This document shows positions 37,925 through 51,318 of a DNA stretch of 64,000 bases, piece after piece. The stretch lies in the NCBI RefSeq assembly GCF_022837055.1, contig NC_062561.1, forward strand, positions 552,715 to 616,714, written 5' to 3'. The stretch is from Prionailurus viverrinus. Its lineage: Eukaryota. The position numbers and the translations under genes are program-made. The notes below the pieces were generated by a model that was not told the DNA's origin, did no database searches, and saw only the letters and a program-made list of their open reading frames with translations. Position 1 is the first letter of the stretch. Every line of letters begins with the position of its first letter.

Positions 37925-39626
37925 CTAAAGGGACCATCTTAATGGAGTAATCCACATGTGGTACAAAACGGAACACCAGGGACAGCCTAGGGATGCAGGA
38001 ACTGCTGGTCTTAGTGAATCCATCTTCCATCCATCATACTGAAACAGCTGTCAATTAATTCCATGAAGCATTCCCCCAATAAATATTCACTGAGCATTTG
38101 CTATGAATGAAGCACTACCCTAGGTACTGGAGAAACCACAGTGAAAAAAACCAAACATCCTTATTCCCATGAAGCTTCTCATTCTAATGGGAGAGACATA
38201 ATAATAAACGAGATAAAATATATGGCACATTAGAAAAGTGTTAAGGGGAAAAATAATGCAAGTAAAGAGTGTAGGAAATAGCAAGGAGACTGAAATTATG
38301 GATGGGGTCATCTTGCTGAGATAATATTTGAAGTAAAATCTGAAGGGACTGAGAGAACAGCCACGATGATATATGGACAAAACAGCTCGGGAAGAGGAAA
38401 CACCACAGGCAAAAAGCCCAGAGGTAGGAATATGCCTGATGTGTTCAAAGATCAGCTAAGAGGCCAGGGTAGCTAAAACAGAGCGAACAAGAGACAGAAC
38501 AGCAGGAAAAAGTGTCAAAAAACAAACAAAACAGAGGGCCCAGATGAATTCAGGTCTTATAGACCAGTGTGGGGACTTTGGTGTTTAGCTTAGGAGAATG
38601 CTGATCAGAGAAACTGTCATAACCCAGGTTCATTCTGAGGCTCTGTTAAGAACATATGGAGAGTGACGCCGGCCAGATAGTGGAATAGGACGTCCCCAGC
38701 TCACATCTCCCTACACAAACAACAATCTGACAGCCAACCACAGATAAAACTGCTTTTGTGAGAGCTCTAGGATCCAGGTAGGACGTTGAGAAACCCCAGG
38801 GAAGCCTAAGGCTGAGGACAGCCACTTTGAGAAGACAGTCCCATGGCCCACTGGCAGGCTTACCAAATGTGGTCCTAGCTACAGGCCTAAAACAGCCCAG
38901 TCTGTCTGGAGGCTCAGCTCCAGCCCCATCTGCCAAAGGACCCAGGAGGAGCCACACCCAACTGTGTCCCCTGGTAACAGGCCCACAGACCTCAGTCGTG
39001 ACTATAAAATCAGAAACAGTCCTGTAACCTGGCTCCAGCCCTGCTCTATTGTGGTACTGGAGTCAGTCCTGCTCACCCAGGGACCCAGCAGGAGGACTGA
39101 GGAGCCTAGCAGGAAGCTGCTCAAAACCTGTAGGAGCCACACCCATTCTCACTCCTGGTAACAGACCCGCTGTCTGCACACTCAACAGTGGACCTGAAAG
39201 CAGCCCCACGATGTAGCTTCAGCCCTGCTGGACTCTGGTCCTAGAGCAGTCCTGTGCAACTGAGGATCTGGTAGGAACCGCATCCGTCATGTCCCTGTTC
39301 ACAGACCTGCCAATTAAGGACACTGTGGACTCAGCAGTAGGCACACTACAACCCCACTCAATTATGATCCTGGAGGCAGACCATCAGTCCAGGCATCCAG
39401 CAAGAGAAGGTCTTCACCTGCCAAAACTGGTCTGTTAAGACAAAAAGAGCTTTTTGGCCTTTCAAATGCAAAAATGTCAACACAAGAATTAGGCAAATGT
39501 GACACCACCAAAGGAAACTAGTAAATTAATAAGGCTCCAGTAACCAATCCCAAAGAAATGCAGATCTAGGAACTGACAATTCAAAATAATTGTTTTAAAG
39601 AGTAAACTACAAGAGAACACAGATAA

Positions 39627-39849
39627 GGGCGCCTGGGTGGCTCAGTCGGTTGAGCGTCTGACTTCGGGCTCAGGTCAGTATCTCATGGTTCGTGAGTTCA
39701 AGCCCCACGTCGGGCTCTGTGCTGACAGCTCAGAACCTGGAGCTTGCTTTGGATTCTGTGTCTCGCTCTCTCTCTGCCCCTCCTCCACTCGTGCCATGTC
39801 TTTCTTTCAAAAATAAACATTAAAAAATAATTTTTTTCACAAAAAAAAA
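39627..39849 (+). mobile_element. Carnivore SINE with TSD (AGAGAACACAGATAA), inserted in the L1
   Basis: Direct repeats at 39611-39626 and 39850-39865. Confidence 0.9.
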
Positions 39850-39990
39850 GAGAACACAGATAACTCCACAAAATCAGGAAAATAATACCTGGGAAAAAAA
39901 ACAAACAACAAGTTCAACAAAGAGACAGAAATCATTAAAAAAAACCAAAACTATAGTTACTTAAAACTAAATAAATAAATAAAACTTAAG

Positions 39991-40090
39991 TGGTGCCTGG
40001 CTGGCTCAGTCAGAAGACCATGTAACTCTTGATCTCAGGGTCACGAGTTCAAGCCCCACAGGGGATGTAGAGATTACTTAAAAATAAATA
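39991..40090 (+). mobile_element. Partial SINE of a divergent (older) carnivore subfamily
   Basis: GTGGTGCCTGGCTGGCTCAGTCAGAAGACCATGTAACTCTTGATCTCAGGGTCACGAGTTCAAGCCCCACAGGGGATGTAGAGATTACTTAAAAATAAATAAA. Confidence 0.7.
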
Positions 40091-41171
40091 AAATAAATAA
40101 TACAAAAACAGAAATTCTGGAGCTAAAGAATACATGAATAAAGTGTAAAATACAATAGAGAACTTCAACAGCAGACTTAAGCAGAAGAAAGAATCTGTGA
40201 ACTCAAAAACAGATAATTTGAGGTTAGCCAGTCAGAGGAGAAAAAAGAAAAATAATGAAAAAGAGTGAAGAAAGCCCATGGGATCTATGGAGCACTACAA
40301 AAGAACCAATATGCTCATTATGGAAGTCTCAGAAAGAAAAAACAAGCAAAATCAACAACCCCCTTAGAAGACTAAGAAAGACAGAAGACTCGAATAAAAT
40401 CATAAATGAAAGAGGACATGTTGCAATAGATGCCCCAGAAATAAAAAGGATCATATTATGAACAATTATATCCCCAAATCTGGATAATCTAGAAGAAACA
40501 GACAAATTCCTAGAAACATACAACCTACAAAACTGAATCTAGAAGAAACAGAAAGGCTGAAGAGACCCATAATAAGGAGATTGAATCAGAAATCAAAAAC
40601 CTCCCAAGAAAGAAAAGTTCAGGACCAGATGGCTTCCCAGGTAAATTCCAGCAAACATTCAAAAAATAATTAATACCAATCCTTCCTGAACTTCTTCCAA
40701 AAAAAGAGAAGAAACACTTCCAAACTCATTTTATTATGAGGGTAGTATCACTTAGATGCCAAAGTCAGACAGTGACACCACAAGAAAACTACAGGCCAAT
40801 ATCCCTGATGAATATAAGATGTAAAAATCCTCAATAAACACTAGCAAACCAAATCCAACAGCACATTAAAAGGATTTACACCATGACCTAGTGGGATTCA
40901 TCCCTGGAACATAAGGCTGGCTCAACATATCAAATCAATTAATGTGATGCAAACTGGTGCAGCCACTGTATAAAAGTTTGGAAGTTCTTCAAAAAATTAA
41001 GTATAGAATTACCATATGATCTACCAATTCCAACCCTGGGTATATACCCCAAAGAACTAAAAACAGAGACCTGAACAGATATTTGTACACCAATGTTAGT
41101 AGCATTATTCACAATAATCAAAAGGTAGAAACAACCCAAATGTTTAGCTGTGAGCCAAGAAATGCCAAGGA

Positions 41172-42409
41172 TTGCCAGCAACACACTTCTCCTACCCCAC
41201 CCCTCCCCGTCGGCCCTCACCTTCCCCAAGAAGATACTCTCCTCCAATACAAAGGAGATACTCTCCTCCACCTCCAAAAAGAAGAACGGCTTCTCCCCCT
41301 CCCCCTCCTAAACAAAGGGCATTGCCATCTCCACCACCAAAGTGTGGGTTCTCCCATTCTCCACTTACCAAACAAAGAACCTCCCCAGTCACCAAGAGAT
41401 ATTCACATTCATTAATATCAAAGCATAGGAAAGGGTCTTCCCCAAGCCGATCTACCCAGGAGCCCCAGTTACCACAACCAAACAGCATTCACCCTCACAA
41501 TGGCTTCGAGGTCCTCAGACCTCAAGTCCTCCACCTGTTCGAAGAGGAGCATCATGAATCACCCCAAAGTAGGCAGTCCCGATGTCCAAGTACTAGGCCC
41601 ATCAGGAGAGTCTCCAGGACTCTGAAACCCAAAAACACAAAACAGGCTGCCTCACCAAGCCCTCAGTCTGTAAGGAGGGTTTCATCCTCCCAATCTGTCT
41701 CAGGATCTCCTGAGCCAACAATTAAAAAGCCCCCACCAACTCAGTCTCCTGTCCAGTCTCAGTCACCCTTTACCAACTGGTCACCAGTGGTACCAGTCAA
41801 AAAGGCTAAAAGCCCAACACCAAGCCCATCTCTGGCGAGGAACTCAGACCCAGAAAGAGGTGGGAAGAAAAAGAAAAAGAAGGACAAGAAACACAAGGAG
41901 GATAAGAAGCACAAGAAGCACAAAAAACACAAGAAGGAAAAGGCCGTGGATGCACCTGCTGTGGCTGTTGTACCCCTGCAGCCATTGCTGCTCCCACAAC
42001 CACATCAGCACAGCCGGAACCAGAGGCAGAGCCTGAGCCTAAGGAGACCAAAAGCGAGCCTGAAGACAATCTCAACGACTGAGAAAAGCACTTGAGTGAA
42101 AAGGCACTGAGGTCGATGTGGAAGGCTCAAGGGTCCCCACAGTCTTAGGTGGGAATGTGTGTTATGATGTACATTTTATTTGGTCTGTACACAATTCAAT
42201 TTCAAAATTGCTAAAATGTGTTTGAGCTTTAGACTATAACATTTGTTGTAATAATTGCTAGGTTGAAGTTCACCATGTAAAAAAAAAAAGGGCACGGATT
42301 TGCATTGCAAACCAAAGGTGTCCACAGTGTATTAGTGACATTCTTTCATTGACAGCTGACATAAATTCATTTCAAGTGAAATATTTTAAACCAAAAAAAA
42401 AAAAAAAAT
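41172..42409 (+). pseudogene. SRRM1: Processed pseudogene (retrocopy) of the SRRM1 3' portion (SR-rich C-terminal coding region plus 3'UTR and poly(A)), 5'-truncated with a frameshift
   Basis: The 307-aa ORF (…RRYSPPPPKRRTASPPPPPKQRALPSPPPK…KHRKGSSPSRSTQE…PSTRPIRRVSRTLKPK…AASPSPQSVRRVSSSQSVSGSPEP…KKKKKKDKKHKEDKKHKKHKKHKKEKAV) is collinear with the SRRM1 C-terminus. The final ~50 aa match SRRM1 (…EPEAEPEPKETKSEPEDNLNDLEKHL…) only in a shifted frame. Intronless, with an A16 tail at 42393-42409. Confidence 0.8.
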
Positions 42410-42559
42410 CCCCTTTTAAAAAAAAGGAGGGTTTCAATATTGTGGGCATTCTTACAGTTTCTTTAAAGGCCTTGGTTATTCCTAGAGGTTTTCCTTTCTT
42501 TTGTTTTTTTTTTTTCTTTATTTTTTCTCATTTGAGTCTTAGCACCCATTTAAGTTATG

Positions 42560-45500
42560 ATGCTTGTAAACGTTGTAAACGTTGCAAGGACCACAAAGTA
42601 CCAGAGACATCACTACAAGCATAAAACCTACAGTTAACACAATGACTCTAAAACCATATCTTTCAATAACACTGAATGTAAATGGACTAAATGATCCAAT
42701 CAAAAGACACAGGATATCAGAATGGATAAAAAAACAAGAACCATCTATTTGCTGTCTACAAAAGACTCATTTTAGACATGAGAACACCTTCAGATTGAAA
42801 ATGAAGGGATGGAAAACTATCTGTCATGCTATTGGAAGTAAAAGAAAGCTGGAGTAGCCATACTTATATCAGACAAACTAGACGTTAAATTAAAGGCAGT
42901 TAACAAGAGACGAAGAAGGCATTATATAGTAATTACAGGGTCGATCCATCAAGAGCTAACAATTATAAATGTCTATGTACCGAATTCACAGGCACCCAAA
43001 TATATAAAAGAACGAATCACAAACATAAACAATCTTATTGGTAGGAATGTGGTAATTGCAGGGGACTTTAATACTCCACTTACAGAAATGGATAGATCAT
43101 CTAGACAGAGAATCAGTAAAGAAACAAGGGCCCTGAATGATACACTGGACCGGATGGACTTGACAGATACATTTAGAACTTTTCATCCTGCAGCAGCAGA
43201 ATATACTTTCTTCTCGAGTGCACATGGAACACTCTCCAACATAGATCACATACTGGGTCACAAAACAACCCTCAATAAATATAAAAGAATTGAGATCATA
43301 CCATGCACACTTTCAGATCACAATGTTATGAAACTTGAAATCAACTACAGGAAAAAGTTTGGAAAACCTCCAAATGCATGGAGGTTAAAGAACATCCTAC
43401 TAAAGAACGAATGGGTCAACTAGGCAATTAAAGAAGAAATTAAAAAATATATGGAAATAAATGAAAATGAAAATACAACAATCCAAACGCTTTGGGATGC
43501 AGCAAAGGAACTCCTAAGAGGAAAATACATTGCAATACAGGCCTATCTCAAGAAAAAAAAAATCCCAAATACAAAATCTAATAGCACACCTAAAGGAACT
43601 AGAAGCAGAGCAGCAAAGAAACTCCAAAGCCAGCAGAAGAAGAGAAATAATAAAGAGCAGAGCAGAAATAAACAATATAGACTCTAAGAAACCAGTAGAA
43701 CAGATCAATGAAACCAAGAATTGGTTTATTGAAAAAATAAACAAAATTGATAAACCTCTAGCCAGGCTTCTCAAAAAGAAAAGAGAGAGGACCCAAATAG
43801 GTAAAATCATGAATGAAAGTGGATTTATGACAACCAATCCCTCAGAAATACAAGTAATTACCATGAAATACTATGAAAAATCATATACCAACAAACTGGA
43901 CATCCTGGAAGAAATGGACAAATTCCTAAACACCCACACACTACCAAAACTCAAATGGGAAGAAATAGAAAATTTGAACAGACCCATTACTAGTGAAAGA
44001 TTAAATCAGTTATCAAAAAATCTCCCAATAAATAAGAGTCCTGGACCAGATGGCTTCCCTGCAAAATTCCACTAGACATTTAAAGCAGAGTTAGTACCTA
44101 TCCTTCTCAAGCTGTTCCAAAAAACAGAAATGGAAGGAAAACTTCCGGACTCATGCTACGAAGCCAGCATTACTTTGATTCCCAAACCACACAGAGACCC
44201 AACAAAATAGGAGAACTACAGCCGAATATCCCTGATGAACATGGATGTAAAAATTCTCAACAAGATACTAGCAAATCGAATTCAACAGCATATAAAAAGA
44301 ATTATTCACCATGATCAAGTGGGATTCATTCCTGGGCTGCAAGGCTGGTTCAATATTCACAAATCAATCAATGTGATACATCACAGTAATAAAAGAAAAG
44401 ATAACAACCATATGATCCTGTCAATAGATACAGAAAATGCATTAGACAAAATACAGCATCTTTTCTTAATAAAAACCCTCAAAAGTCGGAATAGAAGGAA
44501 CATACCTCAGCATCATAAAAGCCATTTATGAAAAGCCCACAGCTAATATCATCCTCAATGGGGAAAAACTGAGATATTTCCCCCTGAGATCAGGAACACA
44601 ACATGGATATCCACTCTCACCACTGTTGTTTAACATAGTGTTAGAAGTACTAGCATCAGCAATCAGACAACAAAATGAAATAAAAGGCATCCAAATTGGC
44701 AAAGAAGTCAAACTTTCACTTTTCACAGACAACATGATACTCTACATGGAAAACCCAACAGACTGCACCAAAAGTCTGCTAGAACTGATACATGAATTCA
44801 ACAAAGTCACAGGTTACAAAATCAATGTACAGAAATTGGTTGCATTTTTATACACCAATAATGAAGCAACAGAAAGACAAATAAAGAAACTGGTCCCATT
44901 TACAACTACACCAAGAACCATAAAATACCTAGCAATAAACCTAACCAAAGATGCAAAAGATCTGTATACTAAAAACTATAGAAACTTTATGAAGGAAATT
45001 GAAGAAGACACAAAAAATGGAAAAACATTCCATGCTCAGAATATTGTTAAAATGTCAATACTACCCAAAGCAATCTACACATTCAATGCAATCCCAATCA
45101 AAATTGCATAGGCATTCTTCTCAAAGCTAGAATAAGCAATCCTAAAATTTGTATGGAACCACAAAAGACCTCAAATAGCCAAAGTAATATTGAAAAAGAA
45201 AACCAAAGTGGGAGACATCACAATCCCAGACTTGCCTCTACAAAGCTGTAATCATCAAGACACAACAGACACATAGACAATGGAATAGAATAGAGAACTC
45301 AGAATTGGACCCACAAATGTATGGCCAACTAATCTTTGACAAAGCAGGAAAGAGCATCCAATGGAAAAAAGAAAATCTCTTTAGCAAATGGTGCTGGGAG
45401 AACCAGATAGCAACATGCAGAAGAATGAAACTAGACCACTTTCTTATACCACACACAAAAATAAACTCAGAATGGATGAAAGACCTGAATATGAGACAGG

Positions 45501-46705
45501 AAACCATCAAAACCCTAGAGGAGAAAGCAGGAGGAGAGGAGAGAAAGAGGAGAAAACCTGTCTGACCTCAGCCGCAGCAATTTCTTACTCAACACATCTC
45601 CAAAGGCAAGGGAATTAAAAGCAAAAATGAACTATTGGGACCTCATCAAGATAAAGAGCTTTTGCACTGCAAAGGAAACAATCAACAAAACTAAAAGGCA
45701 ACCAAAGGAATGGGAAAAGATATTTGCAAATGACATATCGGACAAAGGGCTAGAATCCAAAATCTATAAAGAACTCACCAAACTCCACACACAAAAAACA
45801 ATAATCCAGTGAAGAAATGGGCAGAAGACATGAATAGATACTTTTCCAAAGACATCCAGATGGCCAACAGACACATTAAAAGATGCTCAAGGTCACTCAT
45901 CACCAGGGAAATACAAATCAGAGCCACACTGAGATACCACCTCACACCATCAGAGTGGCTAAAATGAACAAATCAGGAGACTATAGATTCTGGCAAGCAT
46001 GTGGAGAAACAGGAACCCTCTTGCACTGTTGGTGGGAATGCAAACTGGTGCAGCCACTCTGGAAAACAGCGTGGAAGTTCCTCCAAATATTAAAAATAGA
46101 ACTACCCTACGACCCAGCAATAGCACTGCTAGGAATCTACCCAATGGATACAGGAGTGCTGATGCATAGGGGCACACGCACCCCAATGTTTATAGAAACG
46201 TTTTCAACAATAGCAAAATTATGAAAAGACCCTAAATGTCCATCAACCGACGAATGGATAAAGAAGATGTGGTTTACATATACAATGAAATACTACTTGG
46301 CAATGAGAAAGAATGAACTCTGGCCATTTGCAGCAACGTGGATGGAACTGGAAGGTATTATGCTAAGTGAAATACGTCAGTCAGAGAAAGACAGATACCA
46401 TATGTTTTCACTCATGTAGAACTTGAGAAATTTAACAGAAGACCCTAGGGGAAGGGAAGGGGAAAAAATAGTTACAGAGAGGGAAGCAGGCAAACCATAA
46501 GAGACTCTTAAATACAGAGAACAAACTGAGGGTGGATGGGGGGTGGGGGAAAGGGGAAAGTGGGTGATGGGCATTGAGGAGGGCACTTGGGATGAGCACT
46601 GGGTGTTGTATGTAAGCCAATTTGACAATAAATTATATTAAATAAATTTAAAAAAAAAAGAAAAGAAAAGAAAAGAAAAGAAAAGAAAAGAAAAGAAAAG
46701 AAAAG
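42560..46705 (+). mobile_element. LINE-1, 4.1 kb, 5'-truncated: essentially complete ORF2 (EN, RT, C-terminus) and 3'UTR, ending in poly(A)/(GAAAA)n. Antisense to CENPJ.
   Basis: The ORF2 start (MTLKPYLSITLNVNGLNDPIKRHRISEWIKKQEPSICCLQKTHF) lies at 42582. The RT lies at 44235-45111 ([20 protein letters not shown]...). The C-terminus lies at 45883-46224 (…[32 protein letters not shown]…). The ORFs are broken by stops. (GAAAA)9 lies at 46650-46705. Confidence 0.9.
46650..46705 (+). repeat. (GAAAA)n microsatellite, about 9 units, at the L1 poly(A) tail
   Basis: aaaagaaaagaaaag... perfect pentamer repeats. Confidence 0.95.
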
Positions 46706-47297
46706 AAAGCATAGTTCCACTGGATGCCTTGAATTCAGACTTCTGGCCTCCAGAACCATGAAAAAATAAATTCCCGTTGTTTTAAGCCACCTCATTTGTG
46801 TGTACAGTTGATCCTTAAACAACATGGTTTGAACTGCATAGATCCACTCATAAACAATTTTTATAGTACAGTACTATAAATGTATTTTCTCTTCCTTATG
46901 ACTTTCTTAACATTTTTTTTTCAGTACCTTACTTTAATCATGAGAATATGTATATAATACATATAACAAACTATGTGTTAATCAACTGTTATTGGTTAAG
47001 GCTTCCAATCAATCATCAGTAGAATATTCGTAGTTAAGTTTTTAGGGAGTCAAAAGTTTTACGTGGATTTTCGACTGTGCAGGGGTTTGGAGCCTCTAAC
47101 TCCTGCATTGTTCAAGGATGAACTGTACTTTATTACATTAGCCCTAGAAAATTAATGCATTGGCCAAGGTAGCACCTGAAATCACAGCTCCAAAATGCTT
47201 GTCAAATTTCAATTTATGAACTCATCACTAAGAGAATTCCCCTTTTAACACATTTCTGATGACAGTGGGTCATTTTAATTAAAAAATTCTTATGTGG

Positions 47298-47535
47298 TGG
47301 GGCGCCTTGGGTGGCTCAGCCGGTTAAGTGTCCAATTTCAGCTCAGGTCATGATCTCACAGTTCTTGGGTTCTAGCCCCACACTGGGCTCTGTGCTGACA
47401 GCTCAGAGCTTGGAGCCTGCTTTGGATTCTGTGTCTCCCTCTCTCTCTGCCCCTGACCCACTTGTGCTCTGTCTCTCTTTGCCTTTCCAAAATAAATAAA
47501 TGTTAAAAAAAAAAAAAAAATCTTTTTTTTTTTTA
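47298..47535 (+). mobile_element. Carnivore SINE with TSD (AATTCTTATGTGGT)
   Basis: Direct repeats at 47285-47298 and 47536-47549. Confidence 0.9.
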
Positions 47536-47671
47536 ATTCTTATGTGGTAAAGGTTTCACTTCCTTTTCCTTTTTATTATTGGATCGACAAAACTTGTTTC
47601 AAATATTCTAGATAAAATCTTAAAGATAAAAGTGAATCATTGTATCTTTTCCCAACTTATATGCAGACTTA

Positions 47672-48545
<874 letters not shown>

Positions 48546-48574
48546 CACATAGTGTTCTGCAACCATTTTAAACA

Positions 48575-48595
48575 ATTTTTTAATGTTTATTCATT

Positions 48596-48627
<32 letters not shown>

Positions 48628-48787
48628 CACAAGCAGGGGCAGAGAGAGAGGGAGACACAGAATGTCTCCAGGCTCCAGGCTTTGAGCTGTAAGCACAGAG
48701 TCGACTCAGGGCTTGAACCCACAAACCATGAGATCATGACCTGAGCTGAAGTCAGATGCTTAACCAACTGAGCCACCCAGGCACCCT
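48575..48787 (-). mobile_element. Carnivore SINE with TSD (TGTTCTGCAACCATTTT)
   Basis: Direct repeats flank the element. (GA)n in the tail region. Confidence 0.9.
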
Positions 48788-48884
48788 ATGTTCTGCAACC
48801 ATTTTTAAAATACACAAAAGTGTTTTAAAGAAATGGCCAGTGCATATTATACACCTGGTCAAAGAAGATAAGGTAATTTGTTTT

Positions 48885-49091
48885 TTGTTTTTTGTTTTTT
48901 TTTAAGTTTATTTATTTTGAGAGAAAGAGACTGGAGCACGGGGGCAGAGAAAGAGAGAGAGAGAATCCCAAGCAGACTCCACACTGTCAGCACAAAGCGC
49001 AACGTGGGGCTCAAACTCACAAACTGTGAGATATGACCTGAACCAAAACCAAGAGTCAGACGCTTAACTGACTGTGCCACCCAAGCACCCC
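48885..49091 (-). mobile_element. Carnivore SINE
   Basis: SINEC consensus in reverse orientation. Confidence 0.85.
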
Positions 49092-49119
49092 AAGAAAGAA
49101 AAGCTAAGTTTTTTTACTT

Positions 49120-49264
49120 TTTTTTTTTTAAGTTTATTTGAGAGAAAGAGCAGGGCAGCGGGGGCAGAAAGAGAGAGAGGGAGAGAATCCCACAAATCCT
49201 GAGAAAAGACCTGAGCTGAAACCAAGAGTCAGATGCTTAACTGACTGAGCTACCCAGGTGCCCC
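49120..49264 (-). mobile_element. Truncated carnivore SINE
   Basis: Reverse SINEC lacking the central part. Confidence 0.7.
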
Positions 49265-49291
49265 AAAAAAGATAAAGTCAGTTTATTTTTT

Positions 49292-49499
49292 TATCATTTT
49301 TTTAAGTTTATTTATTTGAGAGACAAAGACAGCACGAGTGGGGAGGAGCAGAATGAGAGGCAGAGTGAGAATCCCAAACAGGCTCCATGCCGCCTGCACA
49401 GGGCCCAACACGAGGTTCAAACTCACAAAACCGCGAGATCACGACCTGAGCCAAAACGAAGAGTCCGACGCTTAACCGACTGAGCCACGAGGGCACCCC
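49292..49499 (-). mobile_element. Carnivore SINE
   Basis: SINEC consensus in reverse orientation. Confidence 0.85.
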
Positions 49500-49699
49500 A
49501 ACATAAGTTTTAACAAATGTCTGTACCATATTAAAAATACATGGGAAAAATGACTGGAAGGAAAAATTCCAAAATGGTATCACAGCTACCTTTGGATAGT
49601 TCAGTTATAAACATTTTTCATTCTATACTTAAGCTTCCAAACTTTCTGCAAAAAGTACTACTTTTAAAATCAAAGTATTTTTTTAAATAGTTTAAGTTA

Positions 49700-50060
49700 G
49701 GGGCATCTGGGTGGCTCGGTCAGTTAAGTGTCCAACTCTTTCTCTTTTTTTTTTCAGGTTTGTTAATTTTGAGAGAGAAAAAAAAAGAGCACACATGTGG
49801 GCAGGGGAAGGGCAAAGAGAAGGTGAGACAGAGAATCCCAAGCAAGCTCTGCCCTGTTAGGCCAGAGCCCAATGTGGCGCTCAATTCCACAAACCATGAG
49901 AGCGTGGCCTCAGCGGAGATCAAGAGTCCAACACTTAAATCAACTGAGCCACCTGGGTGCCCCAAACGTCCAACTCTTGATCTTGGCTCGGGTCTTGATC
50001 TCACGGTCATGGGTTCAAGCCCTCTGTTGGGCTTCACACTGGGCAAGAAGCCTACTTACA
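49700..50060 (+). mobile_element. Carnivore SINE (+) split by a nested SINE insertion
   Basis: The head (GGGGCATCTGGGTGGCTCGGTCAGTTAAGTGTCCAACTCTT) lies at 49700-49740. The remainder (GATCTTGGCTCGGGTCTTGATCTCACGGTCATGGGTTCAAGCCC...) lies at about 49979-50060. Confidence 0.85.
49741..49964 (-). mobile_element. Nested carnivore SINE (-) inserted into the + SINE, with an 11-bp TSD GTCCAACTCTT
   Basis: TSD copies at 49730-49740 and 49968-49978 bracket a complete reverse-orientation SINE. Confidence 0.9.
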
Positions 50061-50082
50061 TAGCTTAAGTTATAATTTACAT

Positions 50083-50291
50083 TTTTTTCAATGTTTACTT
50101 ATTTTTGAGAAATAGAAAGATGGAGTGCAAGAAGGAGAGGTGCAGAGAGAGAGGGAGACACAGAATGCGAAGCAGGCTCCAGGCTCCCAGCTGTCAGCAC
50201 AGAGGCAATGCGGGGCTTGAACTCACAGATGGTGAGATCATGATCTGAGCCAAAGTCGGATACTCAATCGACTGAGCCACTCAGGCACCCC
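50083..50291 (-). mobile_element. Carnivore SINE
   Basis: SINEC consensus in reverse orientation. Confidence 0.85.
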
Positions 50292-50499
50292 TACAATTTA
50301 AAGCACCTGTGCTTTGGTAGGCATTCACAGTTTACTACATGATATGATGGAAAGGAGTTTTCCATGTAAGTTTTAGAAGTCCATCGCATCAACTATACAG
50401 CCATTAAATGGAACGTGACAGATGTATAAGCGGGAAAAAACAATCTCCAAAATTTATTATAAGGTGAAGAATGGCCTATAAAAAACGTGTTTTCAAAGT

Positions 50500-50700
50500 G
50501 TGTGGATTGCTCAGTCAGTTAAGTGTCCAACTTTGGCTCATGTCATGATCTCACAGCTCCAGGGTTCCAGCCCCACATCAGGCTCTGTGCTGACAGCTCA
50601 AAGCCTGGAGCCTGCTTTGGATTCTGTCTCCAGTCTCTCTGTCCCTCCCCTGCTCACACCCTCTCTCTCTCAAAAACTGAATAAATATTAAAAAAAAAAT
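50500..50700 (+). mobile_element. Carnivore SINE (head slightly truncated)
   Basis: ...TGCTCAGTCAGTTAAGTGTCCAACTTTGGCTCATGTCATGATCTCACAG... Confidence 0.85.
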
Positions 50701-51318
50701 TTTAAGTGTTTTCATTTGTGTAGAAAGAAGATTACATACCCACTCCACATATGCTTTCATATGCACAGAATCTTTTTAGAATATACAAATGAAATGGGAA
50801 TATAAGTTCCTCTAGGAAAAGGAATAGGAACCCAAATATAGGGAAGAAAGGAAACTTCAATTTTACTGTATTTCTTCTTGGTCCTATCTAGCAAGTTAGC
50901 GCATGAGTAGTAAAAAAAATAAAAAATAAAAAAATAAGTAAATACATAGTCATTTTAAAAAGTGCACACACAAAGGTTCACCTCATAGTGACACAAACCA
51001 CAGATTGGATACTCTAGTTACAAAAGAAACTTATGTTACCTCAATTCATAATGAAGCAATTAATGTTACAGCCTTGAGAATAAGACATAGGCTTAAATTA
51101 GAAAATCTGAAATCAGAATGCATCCATATCTTTTGTACTAGCGGCCATTACATTATTTAGACCCACAAAACAAATCAAATTTTAACAATCACCTACTTAG
51201 ACTTCTACTGAGCAACTAGAACGATTAGGATTTTAAGTGTTCTGATAAGATACCCCTACTGATAAGATAAATGTTAAATTTATAACATTCTGATACCTAT
51301 TTTATAATGCTGACTTAC

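Larger units (their letters stand above)
38640..41170 (+). mobile_element. LINE-1 retaining 5'UTR monomer repeats, ORF1 and internally deleted ORF2. Interrupted by two SINEs.
   Basis: 38640-39470 shows repeated ...cctggtaacaggcccacagacc.../...cccagcaggaggactgaggagcctagcaggaagctgctcaaaacctgtaggagccacaccc... monomers. ORF1-like sequence lies at 39860-40600. The ORF2 end lies at 40950-41170. Confidence 0.75.

Noticed and set aside
41192-41488. Minus-strand 98-aa Gly-rich ORF
   Set aside because: This is the antisense reading of the proline/serine-rich SRRM1 retrocopy (GGN is the reverse complement of NCC). It is not a gene.
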